IMG/VR virus record: IMGVR_UViG_2660238548_000014
Location: 1 to 21,173 of that record
Reading direction: 5' to 3' (one strand)
DNA from: a virus
Taxonomy: Duplodnaviria; Heunggongvirae; Uroviricota; Caudoviricetes
Length of the DNA stretch: 21,173 nt
Below are positions 8,369 to 16,968 of the stretch, piece by piece. A program made the translations under genes and the position numbers. A model generated the notes under the pieces. It had not been told where the DNA came from. It saw only the letters and a list, made by a program, of their open reading frames with translations, and searched no databases. Position 1 is the first letter of the stretch, and every line of letters starts with the position of its first letter.

Positions 8369-9337
8369 ATGAGTGAAGTAACAGATTTAGTTGTTATTGA
8401 AAAAGCAAATGCAATGACTGTATTTCAGTCTGCCGACCAGATTGAAGAAATCCTTCAAAAGGTTGAACGTGAAGTTATGTCCTTTGTGCCTGATATCACA
8501 ACGGCAAAGGGCAGAAAGGAGATCGCTTCTCTGGCGTATAAAGTTGCGCAGACGAAAACATATCTCGATGGTCTTGGCAAAGACCTTGTTGCTGAACTGA
8601 AGGAAATTCCAAAGCTAATTGATGCCAACCGCAAGACAGTGCGCGATCGCCTTGATGAACTGAAAGCCAAGGCACGCCAGCCTCTTACTGATTATGAGGA
8701 AGAACAGGCGCGAATTAAAGCCGAAGAAGAAGCTAAGGCAGCAGCTGAAGCTCTCGCAAAGCAAATTGAGTCTGACCATGAAATAGCGATTTTGATGGAT
8801 CGCGAATTTGACCGCCAAAGAGAAGAGGCAAGACTCAAAGCGGAGCAGGAAAAGCGAGAGCATGAAGAACGCTTAAAAAGAGAAGCTGAAGAGAAAGCCA
8901 GAGCAGAAGCCGAAGCAAAGGCAAAAGCCGAAATTGAAGCAGCAGCAAGGCGAGAAGCAGAAGCTAAGGCCGCAGCGGAACGTGCAGAGCGTGAACGCAT
9001 TGAAGCCGAGCAACGAGCACAGCGCGAAGCAAAAGAGGCAGCAGAACGAGCCGAAAGAGAAAAGCAGGCGGCAATTGAAGCAGAACGTAGAAAAGCACAG
9101 GAGGAGGCTGAACGAATCCGGCGCGAGGCTGAAGCAAAAGAGCAAGCCAGAATAGCAGAAGAAAAAAGAATCAAGGACGAAGAAGAGCGTAGAGCAAAGG
9201 ATAAAGCTCACCGGAAAGAAGTAAATAACAAAATACTTGCTGACCTTATCAAGTTTGGTGCATCAGAAGATGTTGCTAAAAATATCATAACAGCCATCGT
9301 AAAAGGCGAAGTATTCGCAACAAAAATAACCTACTAA
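8369..9337 (+). CDS. hypothetical coiled-coil protein with a long Glu/Ala/Lys/Arg-rich low-complexity region
   Basis: ATG at 8369 with a GGAGGA RBS. 322 aa with about 150 residues of EAKAKAEAEA/ERAERE-type repeats (TolA-like composition). First pL-operon gene after the lambda-like block. Confidence 0.6.
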   Translation: MSEVTDLVVIEKANAMTVFQSADQIEEILQKVEREVMSFVPDITTAKGRKEIASLAYKVAQTKTYLDGLGKDLVAELKEIPKLIDANRKTVRDRLDELKAKARQPLTDYEEEQARIKAEEEAKAAAEALAKQIESDHEIAILMDREFDRQREEARLKAEQEKREHEERLKREAEEKARAEAEAKAKAEIEAAARREAEAKAAAERAERERIEAEQRAQREAKEAAERAEREKQAAIEAERRKAQEEAERIRREAEAKEQARIAEEKRIKDEEERRAKDKAHRKEVNNKILADLIKFGASEDVAKNIITAIVKGEVFATKITY

Positions 9338-9361
9338 TAAAACCAACATAAGGAACCACCC

Positions 9362-9493
9362 ATGATTTACGCAATCGCGGGAGGCGCTCGCATGGGTGCC
9401 TTCCAATTAAATGAATCTTTACTTGAACGAATCACCCGTAAATTACGTGACGGATGGAAAAGAGTTGAGGTCTTATTATGCGCAATGAAATAG
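9362..9493 (+). CDS. small hypothetical protein (43 aa)
   Basis: ATG preceded by AAGGAACC. Below the 60-aa track cut-off; called only from manual translation. Confidence 0.3.
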   Translation: MIYAIAGGARMGAFQLNESLLERITRKLRDGWKRVEVLLCAMK

Positions 9494-9630
9494 CCATTAA
9501 TCACCAGATGCTTCGTGCGGCACAAAACAAAGCAGTAATAGCCAGATTTATTGGTGATTCAAAAATGTGGCTTGAAGCAAATAAAGCAATGAAATCAGCT
9601 ATCAACCTTCCGTGGTATCGCAGGAAATGA
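9478..9630 (+). CDS. small hypothetical protein (50 aa)
   Basis: ATG at 9478. Its stop overlaps the next ATG (ATGA), suggesting translational coupling. Confidence 0.3.
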   Translation: MRNEIAINHQMLRAAQNKAVIARFIGDSKMWLEANKAMKSAINLPWYRRK

Positions 9631-9797
9631 GTTTTACAGATAACTGGTCAGACGAAGAATTCATTCGTCAGATGAAAGATTTAATCGGTAACGAAGGAGA
9701 TATTCATGTCACTTGCAACCACAGTGAAGGAGAGCAAGTTACAGAGACGCATGTACACGCAGCAGGCGTTAATGTATCGCCAGAATGGAGATCGTGA
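9627..9797 (+). CDS. small hypothetical protein (56 aa)
   Basis: ATG at 9627 with an AGGA 3 nt upstream. Sits within a GTG-initiated 61-aa track ORF. Confidence 0.4.
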   Translation: MSFTDNWSDEEFIRQMKDLIGNEGDIHVTCNHSEGEQVTETHVHAAGVNVSPEWRS

Positions 9798-9886
9798 AGG
9801 TGTTCGCGTATTTTTAAATGCGGCAAAGACTGAAGTATTAAATAAGCGTTATTTCCTTGGGCCGTGTCCATTCTGAGAACAAACAT

Positions 9887-10492
9887 ATGAGCAAAGAATT
9901 TTACGCAAAACTGGCAGCTATTCAGGAGAACTTGAATGCGCCAAAGAATCAGTACAACTCATTCGGTAAATATAAATACAGAAGCTGCGAAGACATTCTT
10001 GAAGGCGTTAAGCCGTTACTGAACGGTCTGTTTTTATCAATCAGCGATGAAGTTGTGTTGATTGGTGATCGGTATTACGTGAAAGCCACGGCAACTATTA
10101 CCGATGGCGAAAACAGTCATACGGCAACCGCTCTTGCACGAGAGGAAGAAAGCAAGAAAGGAATGGATTCTGCACAAGTTACGGGAGCCACAAGCTCTTA
10201 TGCACGCAAGTATTGCCTCAATGGTTTGTTCGGCATTGATGATGCGAAAGATGCAGATACCGACGAGCATAAACATCAGCAGAACGCAGCAGCAAAGCAA
10301 TCAAAACCATCACCTACACCTGAACAGGTTCTAAAAGCATTCACTGACGCAGCAATGCAGAAAAACACCGTAGAAGAGCTTAAACAGGCGTTCGCCAAAG
10401 CGTGGAAGATGCTCGAAGGCACACCGGAGCAGCACAAAGCGCAGGACGTTTACAACATCAGACGAGACGAATTAGAAGGAGCGGCTGCTTAA
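9887..10492 (+). CDS. erf: Erf-family single-strand annealing (recombination) protein
   Basis: The motifs FGKYKYRSCEDILEGV and ATSSYARKYCLNGLFGIDD match the conserved ERF-superfamily signatures (P22 Erf-like). ATG at 9887. Confidence 0.75.
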   Translation: MSKEFYAKLAAIQENLNAPKNQYNSFGKYKYRSCEDILEGVKPLLNGLFLSISDEVVLIGDRYYVKATATITDGENSHTATALAREEESKKGMDSAQVTGATSSYARKYCLNGLFGIDDAKDADTDEHKHQQNAAAKQSKPSPTPEQVLKAFTDAAMQKNTVEELKQAFAKAWKMLEGTPEQHKAQDVYNIRRDELEGAAA

Positions 10493-10875
10493 TGGCACAT
10501 TCGATTACAGTAAGACTAAACAAACCCGCAAGAGAGTTTCAGGCCGGGGAAAATATCGGATTCAACATCCGTGCTGGCGTTCAGTATTACGATCGCCAGA
10601 CAAAAAAGAAAGAATGGACAAACTACAGCGCCGTTGTATTTGCCAAGCCGGGAGCGCAAGCGGATTACTACCGTAGTGTTCTTGTTGAAGGTAGCATTGT
10701 AGAAATTACCGGAGAAAACATCAGGGTTGATGTTTATCAGGGGCAAAATGGTCAATCAATCACTCTTGAATTACTGAATGCAAAGATTGGATTTGCAGCT
10801 TCAGGAAATGGCCCGCAGCAGCAAAGTAGTAACCATCAGAACACTCCTGTTTACGACGATTCCATCCCATTCTGA
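10492..10875 (+). CDS. phage single-stranded DNA-binding protein (SSB-like, acidic C-terminal tail)
   Basis: ATG overlaps the erf stop (TAATG). The 127-aa product ends in DDSIPF, resembling the DDDIPF tail of SSB proteins. Position next to erf fits a recombination module. Confidence 0.65.
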   Translation: MAHSITVRLNKPAREFQAGENIGFNIRAGVQYYDRQTKKKEWTNYSAVVFAKPGAQADYYRSVLVEGSIVEITGENIRVDVYQGQNGQSITLELLNAKIGFAASGNGPQQQSSNHQNTPVYDDSIPF

Positions 10876-10898
10876 TTTAGAACAATAAGGATTTAATT

Positions 10899-11192
10899 AT
10901 GCCAGCGCCTCTGTATGGTGCGGACGACGTGCGCCGCTGTTCCGGCAATTCCGTATCGGAGGTGCTGGATAAATTCAGAAAAAACTACGCCCGGATAATG
11001 TCGCTACCGCAGGAAACGAAAGAGGAAAAGGAATTTCGCCACTGTATATGGCTTGCAGAGAAAGAAGAGCGCGAGCGAATTTACCAGACATCAATCCGAC
11101 CATTCCGCAAAGCCACATATACCCACTTCCCTGAAATTGACCCGCGCCTGCGTAATTACCGCTCACGCTATGGCGCTATCAGTAATGACTGA
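10899..11192 (+). CDS. hypothetical protein
   Basis: 97-aa ORF with an AAGGA RBS 8 nt upstream. No recognised motif. Confidence 0.55.
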   Translation: MPAPLYGADDVRRCSGNSVSEVLDKFRKNYARIMSLPQETKEEKEFRHCIWLAEKEERERIYQTSIRPFRKATYTHFPEIDPRLRNYRSRYGAISND

Positions 11193-11202
11193 GGAATTTA
11201 CC

Positions 11203-11370
11203 ATGAGAGGACTTGCATACAATCCCGGCATTCTTCCGGCAGAAATGATTATTCGCCAACGCGTAAAGCCAATGCCATCGAGAGAGGAATTGCTTAAGAG
11301 AAACTCTTTTCCATCAGTGAATCAAAACAAATATCTGAATGCGATGTGGCGTAAAGGAGGCAAGCAGTGA
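11203..11370 (+). CDS. small hypothetical protein (55 aa)
   Basis: ATG at 11203 with a GAGGA RBS. Its stop overlaps the GTG start of the next gene. Confidence 0.45.
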   Translation: MRGLAYNPGILPAEMIIRQRVKPMPSREELLKRNSFPSVNQNKYLNAMWRKGGKQ

Positions 11371-12314
11371 GCGAAATTAATTATCAGGCACTGCGTGAAA
11401 AGGCAGAGAAAGCAACTAAAGGAAGCTACATCGTAGGGCATACATCTGTTAACCAGCACGGCAATTTAACAGGAGTTTTTGTTTGTCAAAAATGGAAAGG
11501 AGAACCCGGTGGCGTGATTGCAGAATGTCATGTTAACTGCCTGGTTGAAACAGATGCTCAGGCTTACGCAAACGCTGAATTTATTGCTGCCTTTAATCCA
11601 AATGTTGCGCTGGCGCTTCTGGATGAACGGGAAAGAAACCAGCAATACATCAAACGCCGCGACCAGGAGAACGAGGATATTGCGCTTACGGTAGGGAAGC
11701 TGCGCGTTGAGCTTGAAGCAGTAAAATCAAAACTCAACGAGCAGCGTGAATATTACGAGGGAGTAATCGCGGATGGAAGTAAGCGCATAGCAGAACTGGA
11801 AAAACAATGCGCCGAATGGGAGCGAAAAGCATTAAGCAACTTTGAAGAGTGTGCTGCGATGGCTGAACGTATCGAAGAGATGCAGACAAAATCTGCACCA
11901 GATTCGTTTGGCATCATCGGTGAAAATATTCGAACACAGGACAATCGAATAACGTCAGATCCCATGTTTTGTGTGTATCAAAAGCGCGAAATTGTTGTTG
12001 ATGCTGATTATGACCATGACCGGATTGTCTGGGTTGACGAAGATGGCAATGAAGCCAATAAACGCCATAGTCGTCGTCTCGAGCTACTTCATGAAAACTT
12101 TCGAGAGCCACCAGAAAAATGGCGGCGCGTTGCTGTGAAAGATATTGATGAATTCGTTACCTGCTGTTTCACCGAACAGGGTTGTAAAGACTACCTGGCA
12201 GTCAATGGTCACAATCTTCGCTTGCCATTTATATATGTAAAAAGCGGTTTCAGGAACGCTGAATATATCGGCATAAGAAACTGGCTTGCTGGCATTCGCA
12301 TCAAAGGAGAGTGA
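11367..12314 (+). CDS. Ead/Ea22-like protein
   Basis: GTG start preceded by a strong AAGGAGG RBS. The N-terminus [19 protein letters not shown] resembles the conserved start of Ead/Ea22-family prophage proteins, with a coiled-coil middle. Confidence 0.6.
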   Translation: MSEINYQALREKAEKATKGSYIVGHTSVNQHGNLTGVFVCQKWKGEPGGVIAECHVNCLVETDAQAYANAEFIAAFNPNVALALLDERERNQQYIKRRDQENEDIALTVGKLRVELEAVKSKLNEQREYYEGVIADGSKRIAELEKQCAEWERKALSNFEECAAMAERIEEMQTKSAPDSFGIIGENIRTQDNRITSDPMFCVYQKREIVVDADYDHDRIVWVDEDGNEANKRHSRRLELLHENFREPPEKWRRVAVKDIDEFVTCCFTEQGCKDYLAVNGHNLRLPFIYVKSGFRNAEYIGIRNWLAGIRIKGE

Positions 12315-12315
12315 T

Positions 12316-12831
12316 ATGGCGTTAACACACCGCGAACTCTGTCAGATTGCGTACAAGTTCCTTAAGCGCAACGGGTTCAAGGTTTGTTTTCATGACCGCT
12401 TTATAGCTGTAACCAGTACCGGAGAACAGCCAGATGCTATGGGATTCAGAAATTCAGCATCATGCCTGATAGAGGCGAAATGTTCTCGTGCTGACTTGTT
12501 GGCAGATAGAAAAAAGCGTTTTCGTAAAAATCCGTCTCTTGGAATGGGCGACTGGCGATTCTTTATTAGTGAGCCGGGAATTATTTCAATTGAGGATTTA
12601 CCACCTGGCTGGGGATTACTTCACGTTGTTAACGGAAGAGTACGGAAAGTACATGGGTGGCCCAAGGGTAATTGCTGTTGGGGTAATCCTGACGATAAGC
12701 CATTTACTGGAAATAAGCAGGTTGAATGCGATTACATGTTGTCTGCATTAAGGCGCATGGAGTTGAGAGGGCACCTTAATGAAATATATGACGGTGTAAT
12801 TGTTAATAAGAAAGAAGGAAACGCGGCATGA
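12316..12831 (+). CDS. hypothetical protein with a putative PD-(D/E)xK nuclease motif
   Basis: ATG at 12316 with an AAGGAGAG RBS. Contains EQPD...CLIEAKC, a D...ExK arrangement typical of the PD-(D/E)xK fold. Called from the motif only. Confidence 0.5.
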   Translation: MALTHRELCQIAYKFLKRNGFKVCFHDRFIAVTSTGEQPDAMGFRNSASCLIEAKCSRADLLADRKKRFRKNPSLGMGDWRFFISEPGIISIEDLPPGWGLLHVVNGRVRKVHGWPKGNCCWGNPDDKPFTGNKQVECDYMLSALRRMELRGHLNEIYDGVIVNKKEGNAA

Positions 12832-13184
12832 CCACTATTACCGACAAAGAACTGATTAAAGAAATCAAAGAGCGCATAGGCAGCTTGGACGTTCGAGACA
12901 ATATTGAGCGCCGTGCTTATGAAATTGCACTGGCATCGCTGGAAGCAGAACCGATAGCGTGGGAATGCGGTGAAAACATAATCCTGTTTAACCCTGACAC
13001 AGTTGAAGCATACGCAAAACGTGCGGAAATATCACCTAAACCACTATTCTCCGCGCCGCCAGCGCTGGTAGTGCCTGATAAGTTGCCGCGTGAATACAGA
13101 AACGGTTGGCCTCTTGCGTATAGTGATTATGCTGAAGGCTGGAACGACTGCCGCGAAGCCATGCTTCAGGGAGATAAATCATGA
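12828..13184 (+). CDS. hypothetical protein
   Basis: 118-aa ORF with ATGA overlap to the upstream gene and an AAGGAA RBS. Confidence 0.55.
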   Translation: MTTITDKELIKEIKERIGSLDVRDNIERRAYEIALASLEAEPIAWECGENIILFNPDTVEAYAKRAEISPKPLFSAPPALVVPDKLPREYRNGWPLAYSDYAEGWNDCREAMLQGDKS

Positions 13185-13546
13185 TTAATCGTATCAAGCT
13201 GGAGCACATCCTCGAATATGCCAGGCAGCAGAGGCATATTGGTCAGCATTGTAAAATTCCACCAGTAGATATGGTTGAAATCATGGAGATTGCCATGCGC
13301 AAGGCTGGCAACTCTCCGGTAACTCCGGATGGTTGGATAAGCTGTAGTGAGCGAATGCCGGAAAAGAATCAGAGCGTGCTTATTTCGGTGAATTTCGATA
13401 GCTCTCTGGTTGAGCCGCTAATATGCTCTGCACGCTATACCGGAAGTACATTCCGGCGTGGAGATGTAACGATTAAGCCGGGCAATGGTGTTGAGCAGGT
13501 AACACACTGGATGCAGCTACCAGAACCGCCGCAGGAGGTGAAATGA
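13181..13546 (+). CDS. DUF551-like prophage protein
   Basis: The motifs WISCSERMPE and HWMQLPEPP resemble the DUF551 signature common in enterobacterial prophages. ATGA overlap upstream. Confidence 0.55.
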   Translation: MINRIKLEHILEYARQQRHIGQHCKIPPVDMVEIMEIAMRKAGNSPVTPDGWISCSERMPEKNQSVLISVNFDSSLVEPLICSARYTGSTFRRGDVTIKPGNGVEQVTHWMQLPEPPQEVK

Positions 13547-13629
13547 TGAATTGGCCTGAAGCATTCACCGCAGTAGGAGTTGCAATAGCGGTGGCATTTA
13601 TTCTGTATTCGCTTTTCCGCTGGGGATAA
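13543..13629 (+). CDS. small hydrophobic peptide (28 aa, single predicted TM helix)
   Basis: ATGATG preceded by AGGAGGTG. Product MMNWPEAFTAVGVAIAVAFILYSLFRWG. Below the track cut-off. Confidence 0.35.
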   Translation: MMNWPEAFTAVGVAIAVAFILYSLFRWG

Positions 13630-13633
13630 AGGA

Positions 13634-13876
13634 ATGTTCGCTCTGATTCAACGTGGTCAGATATACACGGACAGAGCCGGATACCCTGTGGTGATTACTC
13701 GCAGTACTCAGCACTCAGTATTCTTTCGGCGCATGGACGGACGCTCCGGGCGGGTACACATTGGTGAGTTCAACAGCCTGTTCGAACATATTGACCGCCA
13801 GGAGTACCGCAAAATTCTGGCGGGCACTGAGCAGGAAATGCACCTGAAAAAATTACGCGCAATGCAACGGAGGTGA
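13634..13876 (+). CDS. hypothetical protein
   Basis: 80-aa ORF with an AAAGGA RBS. Confidence 0.5.
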   Translation: MFALIQRGQIYTDRAGYPVVITRSTQHSVFFRRMDGRSGRVHIGEFNSLFEHIDRQEYRKILAGTEQEMHLKKLRAMQRR

Positions 13877-13879
13877 TAC

Positions 13880-14014
13880 ATGCATACGGCTTTTGAGTTC
13901 TGGGTTCGCAAGACATTCGGCAATCGCTACGACCTGCCCCGTGATGTTGACGGCTTCTACTGCCGTGAAGTTGTGAAACGAATGTTTGACGTGTGGTGCC
14001 ACTGCCGTGGATGA
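13880..14014 (+). CDS. small Cys-rich hypothetical protein (44 aa)
   Basis: ATG preceded by GGAGGTG. Product contains FYCRE...WCHCRG. Below the track cut-off. Confidence 0.35.
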   Translation: MHTAFEFWVRKTFGNRYDLPRDVDGFYCREVVKRMFDVWCHCRG

Positions 14015-14032
14015 ACGTTTTATGAGGTAACT

Positions 14033-14248
14033 ATGGCTCTCAACATTGATTGCGTACCTATAACGACATGGTGTCGAGATATGGGAGAAACGCTGGATGC
14101 CGTTAACAAACGGTTACAACGTGGAGTATGGAAGGAAGGGGTTCAGGTTTTAAATGTGGAAGGCTCCAAAGAACGATGGATTGATTTAACTGAGGTTTCA
14201 AAATGGGCGAGAAAAAACAAATATCCTTATCACTCCCAAGAGGAATAA
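14033..14248 (+). CDS. xis: excisionase-like protein
   Basis: 71-aa basic protein immediately upstream of, and overlapping, the integrase gene, with a GAGGT RBS. The position is canonical for xis; no family assignment was possible. Confidence 0.5.
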   Translation: MALNIDCVPITTWCRDMGETLDAVNKRLQRGVWKEGVQVLNVEGSKERWIDLTEVSKWARKNKYPYHSQEE

Positions 14249-15375
14249 CAATTCGTCAATACAAGAATTGCTCTACATTAGTTGTAACCTTCACATATAA
14301 AGGGGTTCTTTGCAGAGAACCCTTACCCAGGCTGGAAGCTAACGCAAAGGGGATTAAGTATGCTGAACGGCTTCTAGGAGAAATAAAAAACCAAATCAGT
14401 GATGATTCATTCGATTTTTCAAAATACTTTCCAAACTCTAGGAAGCTGGCATTATTTGGAATGGTAAAGAAAAATAAAAGTGTGAGAGATTACCTAGATG
14501 AGTATCTGGAAATTTGCAAAAACAGAAAGTTATCACCTTCAACAATAAATGGATATGAAAAATGCGTATCTGCATTATCTGAACTACATAAGCTACATGT
14601 TGTTGACCTGACACCAGCAATATTAAAAAAATGGATCTCAAAAAGAACAACAAAACTTAAGACCATAAGAAACAATCTATCATTTTTAAGAAGTGCAGTA
14701 GATGAAGCGGTCACTGACGGACTTATAACGATAAATCCTGTAAAACTGGTTAGTGCAAGTAGATACCATGCGGTTAACCATACAGCCAATACTGATGATT
14801 ATGAAGTGGATCCATTCACACCAGCAGAGGCAACAGCTATCTACAACGCCTGTCTTTATCAGGAATGGAGAAATCTTTTTTGTTTCGCATTCAATACAGG
14901 CCTACGAAGCTCAGAATTATGTGCATTGCGTTGGTCTGATATTGATTTTATTGGGCATACCGTTCACGTACAGGTCGCTTCTGTCGTTGGTGTGATAAAA
15001 GGAACCAAAACAAAAGCTGGTACCAGAAAAGTTGAATTAAACAATGAAGCTATAATGGCATTACAGGCCCAGAAATCATTTACGATGATGAGAAGTGATT
15101 TTGTATTCAGTGATCCAAAAACACGCAAGCCGTGGGCTAATTCAGCTGCGATTCGTAAGAAAGCCTGGCTCCCGACTCTTAAAAAGGCCGGAGTTCGTTA
15201 CCGCAATCCATATCAGACTAGACATACATTCGCTACACGGCATATCAGCCAGGGGGCAAATTTATTCTGGCTTGCCGGTCAAATGGGACACAAAGGACCA
15301 GAAATGCTGTTTAGACACTATGGTTCATATTTATCAGAATATGATGGCAAGACTGCGATCTCAGAAGTAATCTAG
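14203..15375 (+). CDS. int: tyrosine-type site-specific integrase (prophage int)
   Basis: 390-aa ORF with the tyrosine-recombinase C-terminal catalytic region (..RHTFATRHISQGANLFWLAGQMGHKGPEMLFRHYGSY..). It overlaps xis and is followed by the att core. Confidence 0.85.
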   Translation: MGEKKQISLSLPRGITIRQYKNCSTLVVTFTYKGVLCREPLPRLEANAKGIKYAERLLGEIKNQISDDSFDFSKYFPNSRKLALFGMVKKNKSVRDYLDEYLEICKNRKLSPSTINGYEKCVSALSELHKLHVVDLTPAILKKWISKRTTKLKTIRNNLSFLRSAVDEAVTDGLITINPVKLVSASRYHAVNHTANTDDYEVDPFTPAEATAIYNACLYQEWRNLFCFAFNTGLRSSELCALRWSDIDFIGHTVHVQVASVVGVIKGTKTKAGTRKVELNNEAIMALQAQKSFTMMRSDFVFSDPKTRKPWANSAAIRKKAWLPTLKKAGVRYRNPYQTRHTFATRHISQGANLFWLAGQMGHKGPEMLFRHYGSYLSEYDGKTAISEVI

Positions 15376-15509
15376 CCGCTTAAATATTTCAAAATATGTA
15401 CTAAGGTAGGACAGAGAATAGACTCCAACTTACACCTGAAATACATAAAAACATCTAGAAATAATATGAAATCTTTTGTTTTTCATATCGTTATGTAACT
15501 TGGGTGTTT

Positions 15510-15535
15510 GGGTTCAACTCCCGCCAGCTCCACCA
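15510..15535 (+). other. attachment-site core: 26-nt copy of the 3' end of ssrA (tmRNA), not an intact gene
   Basis: GGGTTCAACTCCCGCCAGCTCCACCA matches the 3'-terminal T-arm and acceptor sequence of E. coli tmRNA as I recall it. Sequence immediately upstream does not match ssrA. Confidence 0.75.
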
Positions 15536-15571
15536 CTTTTTAGTTGTTTGAAGTTCAATGAAGTCTACTAA

Positions 15572-15603
15572 GCCCACACAGCACAAGCTCTGCGGGCTTT
15601 TTT
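15572..15603 (+). terminator. putative rho-independent terminator downstream of the ssrA fragment
   Basis: Imperfect GC-rich hairpin (GCCCACA...CTCTGCGGGC) followed by TTTTTT. Confidence 0.4.
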
Positions 15604-15700
15604 ACGTCTATTGTCGTCCAGTGAGAATTGCTGAGAACTACGAGTTATGGCACCCTGAATGGGACCCACTAAGAAGGGTCCAAAAACCGAGGGTCCCAAA

Positions 15701-16930
15701 ATGGCAAAAATCGCTAAGAAGCTCACTGACACTGAAATCAAAAGCACCAAGCCAGCCGATAAAGAAATCAACTTGTTTGACGGTGATGGTCTGATTCTAC
15801 GAATCGCTCCTTTGGCGAAAGGAGGCAAGAAAAATTGGTATTTCAGGTATGCAGTACCAGTGAGCAAGAAAAGAACCAAAATGAGCCTTGGGACATATCC
15901 TCACCTTACCCTTGCAAGAGCCAGAGCCTTACGTGATGAATATCTCTCCTTTCTGGCAAATGGTGTTGATCCCCAAATCCATAACAACGATAAGGCGAAG
16001 GCATTAAAGAGTGCTACTGAGCACACTCTCCAAGCCGTAGCGCGGAAATGGTTAGATGAGAAGGTAAAGACATCAGGTATCTCACAAGACCATGCAGCAG
16101 ACATCTGGCGCAGCTTAGAGAGAAATGTCTTTCCCGGTCTGGGTAATGTCCCTATCAATGAGATCCGACCTAAGCTCTTAAAACAACACCTTGATCCTAT
16201 TGAGCAACGAGGCGTATTGGAAACTCTACGCCGTATCATTTCACGTCTGAATGAAATCTTCCGGTGGGCAGCTACTGAAGAACTTATTGAGTTCAACCCG
16301 GCTGACAACCTTGGTCAAAGATTCAGTAAACCAAAAAAGCAAAATATGCCTGCCCTTCCCCCAAGCGAATTGCCAAGGTTTATGGAATCTTTGACGAATG
16401 CGTCAATCCGGTTGGAAACACGTATGCTAATTGAATGGCAATTGTTGACATGGGTTCGTCCGGGTGAAGCCGTTCGCGCAAGGTGGTCTGATATTGATAC
16501 AACCAACAGCATTTGGAACATTCCTGCTGATTTCATGAAAATGAAAAAGCTTCACAAAGTTCCTTTGAGTAAAGAAGCTTTGCGCATCCTTGAATTAATG
16601 AAATCAATAAGTGGGCATAGAGAATGGGTTTTCCCCAGCATAAAAGCGCCTCTTAATCATATGCATGAACAAACAGCCAACGCAGCTATCATCCGAATGG
16701 GGTTCGGAGGCGAGCTTGTAGCTCACGGTATGCGTTCTATTGCACGAACAGCGGCAGAGGAGTCTGGTAAATTCAGAGCTGAAGTTCTTGAGGCAGCGCT
16801 TGCCCACTCGAAAAAAGATGAAATTATCGCAGCATACAATCGTGCAGAATATCTGATAGAGCGACAGAGTTTGATGCAATGGTGGAGTGATTACGTTCAA
16901 GCTCAAAGATCAAATGCTCTGGTAGCCTAA
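15701..16930 (+). CDS. intA: P4/CP4-57-type tyrosine integrase
   Basis: The N-terminus MAKIAKKLTDTEIKSTKP...DGDGLILRIAP..WYFRY resembles the arm-binding domain of IntA-type integrases, and the C-terminus has VAHGMRSIARTA and ALAHS. It lies just downstream of the ssrA 3' end, as intA does in K-12. ATG at 15659 is an alternative start. Confidence 0.85.
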   Translation: MAKIAKKLTDTEIKSTKPADKEINLFDGDGLILRIAPLAKGGKKNWYFRYAVPVSKKRTKMSLGTYPHLTLARARALRDEYLSFLANGVDPQIHNNDKAKALKSATEHTLQAVARKWLDEKVKTSGISQDHAADIWRSLERNVFPGLGNVPINEIRPKLLKQHLDPIEQRGVLETLRRIISRLNEIFRWAATEELIEFNPADNLGQRFSKPKKQNMPALPPSELPRFMESLTNASIRLETRMLIEWQLLTWVRPGEAVRARWSDIDTTNSIWNIPADFMKMKKLHKVPLSKEALRILELMKSISGHREWVFPSIKAPLNHMHEQTANAAIIRMGFGGELVAHGMRSIARTAAEESGKFRAEVLEAALAHSKKDEIIAAYNRAEYLIERQSLMQWWSDYVQAQRSNALVA

Positions 16931-16968
16931 GTATCAGAATAGCTAATATAATCCTGAAGGTAAAGAAA

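Noticed and set aside
8692-9211. Long minus-strand ORFs (160 and 112 aa) and a 73-aa plus-strand ORF within the coiled-coil gene
   Set aside because: Artefacts of the GAA/GCA/AAG-rich repetitive coding sequence. Their products are Ser/Ala/Cys/Phe-rich low-complexity strings with no RBS.
15510-15535. Calling an intact tmRNA (ssrA) gene here
   Set aside because: Only the 3'-terminal 26 nt match. The ~340 nt that should precede it are absent and replaced by prophage sequence, so this is an att-core duplication.
15558-15879. 78-aa plus-strand and 103-aa minus-strand ORFs around the P4-type integrase start
   Set aside because: Both overlap the integrase leader or N-terminal coding region out of frame or antisense, and neither has an RBS.
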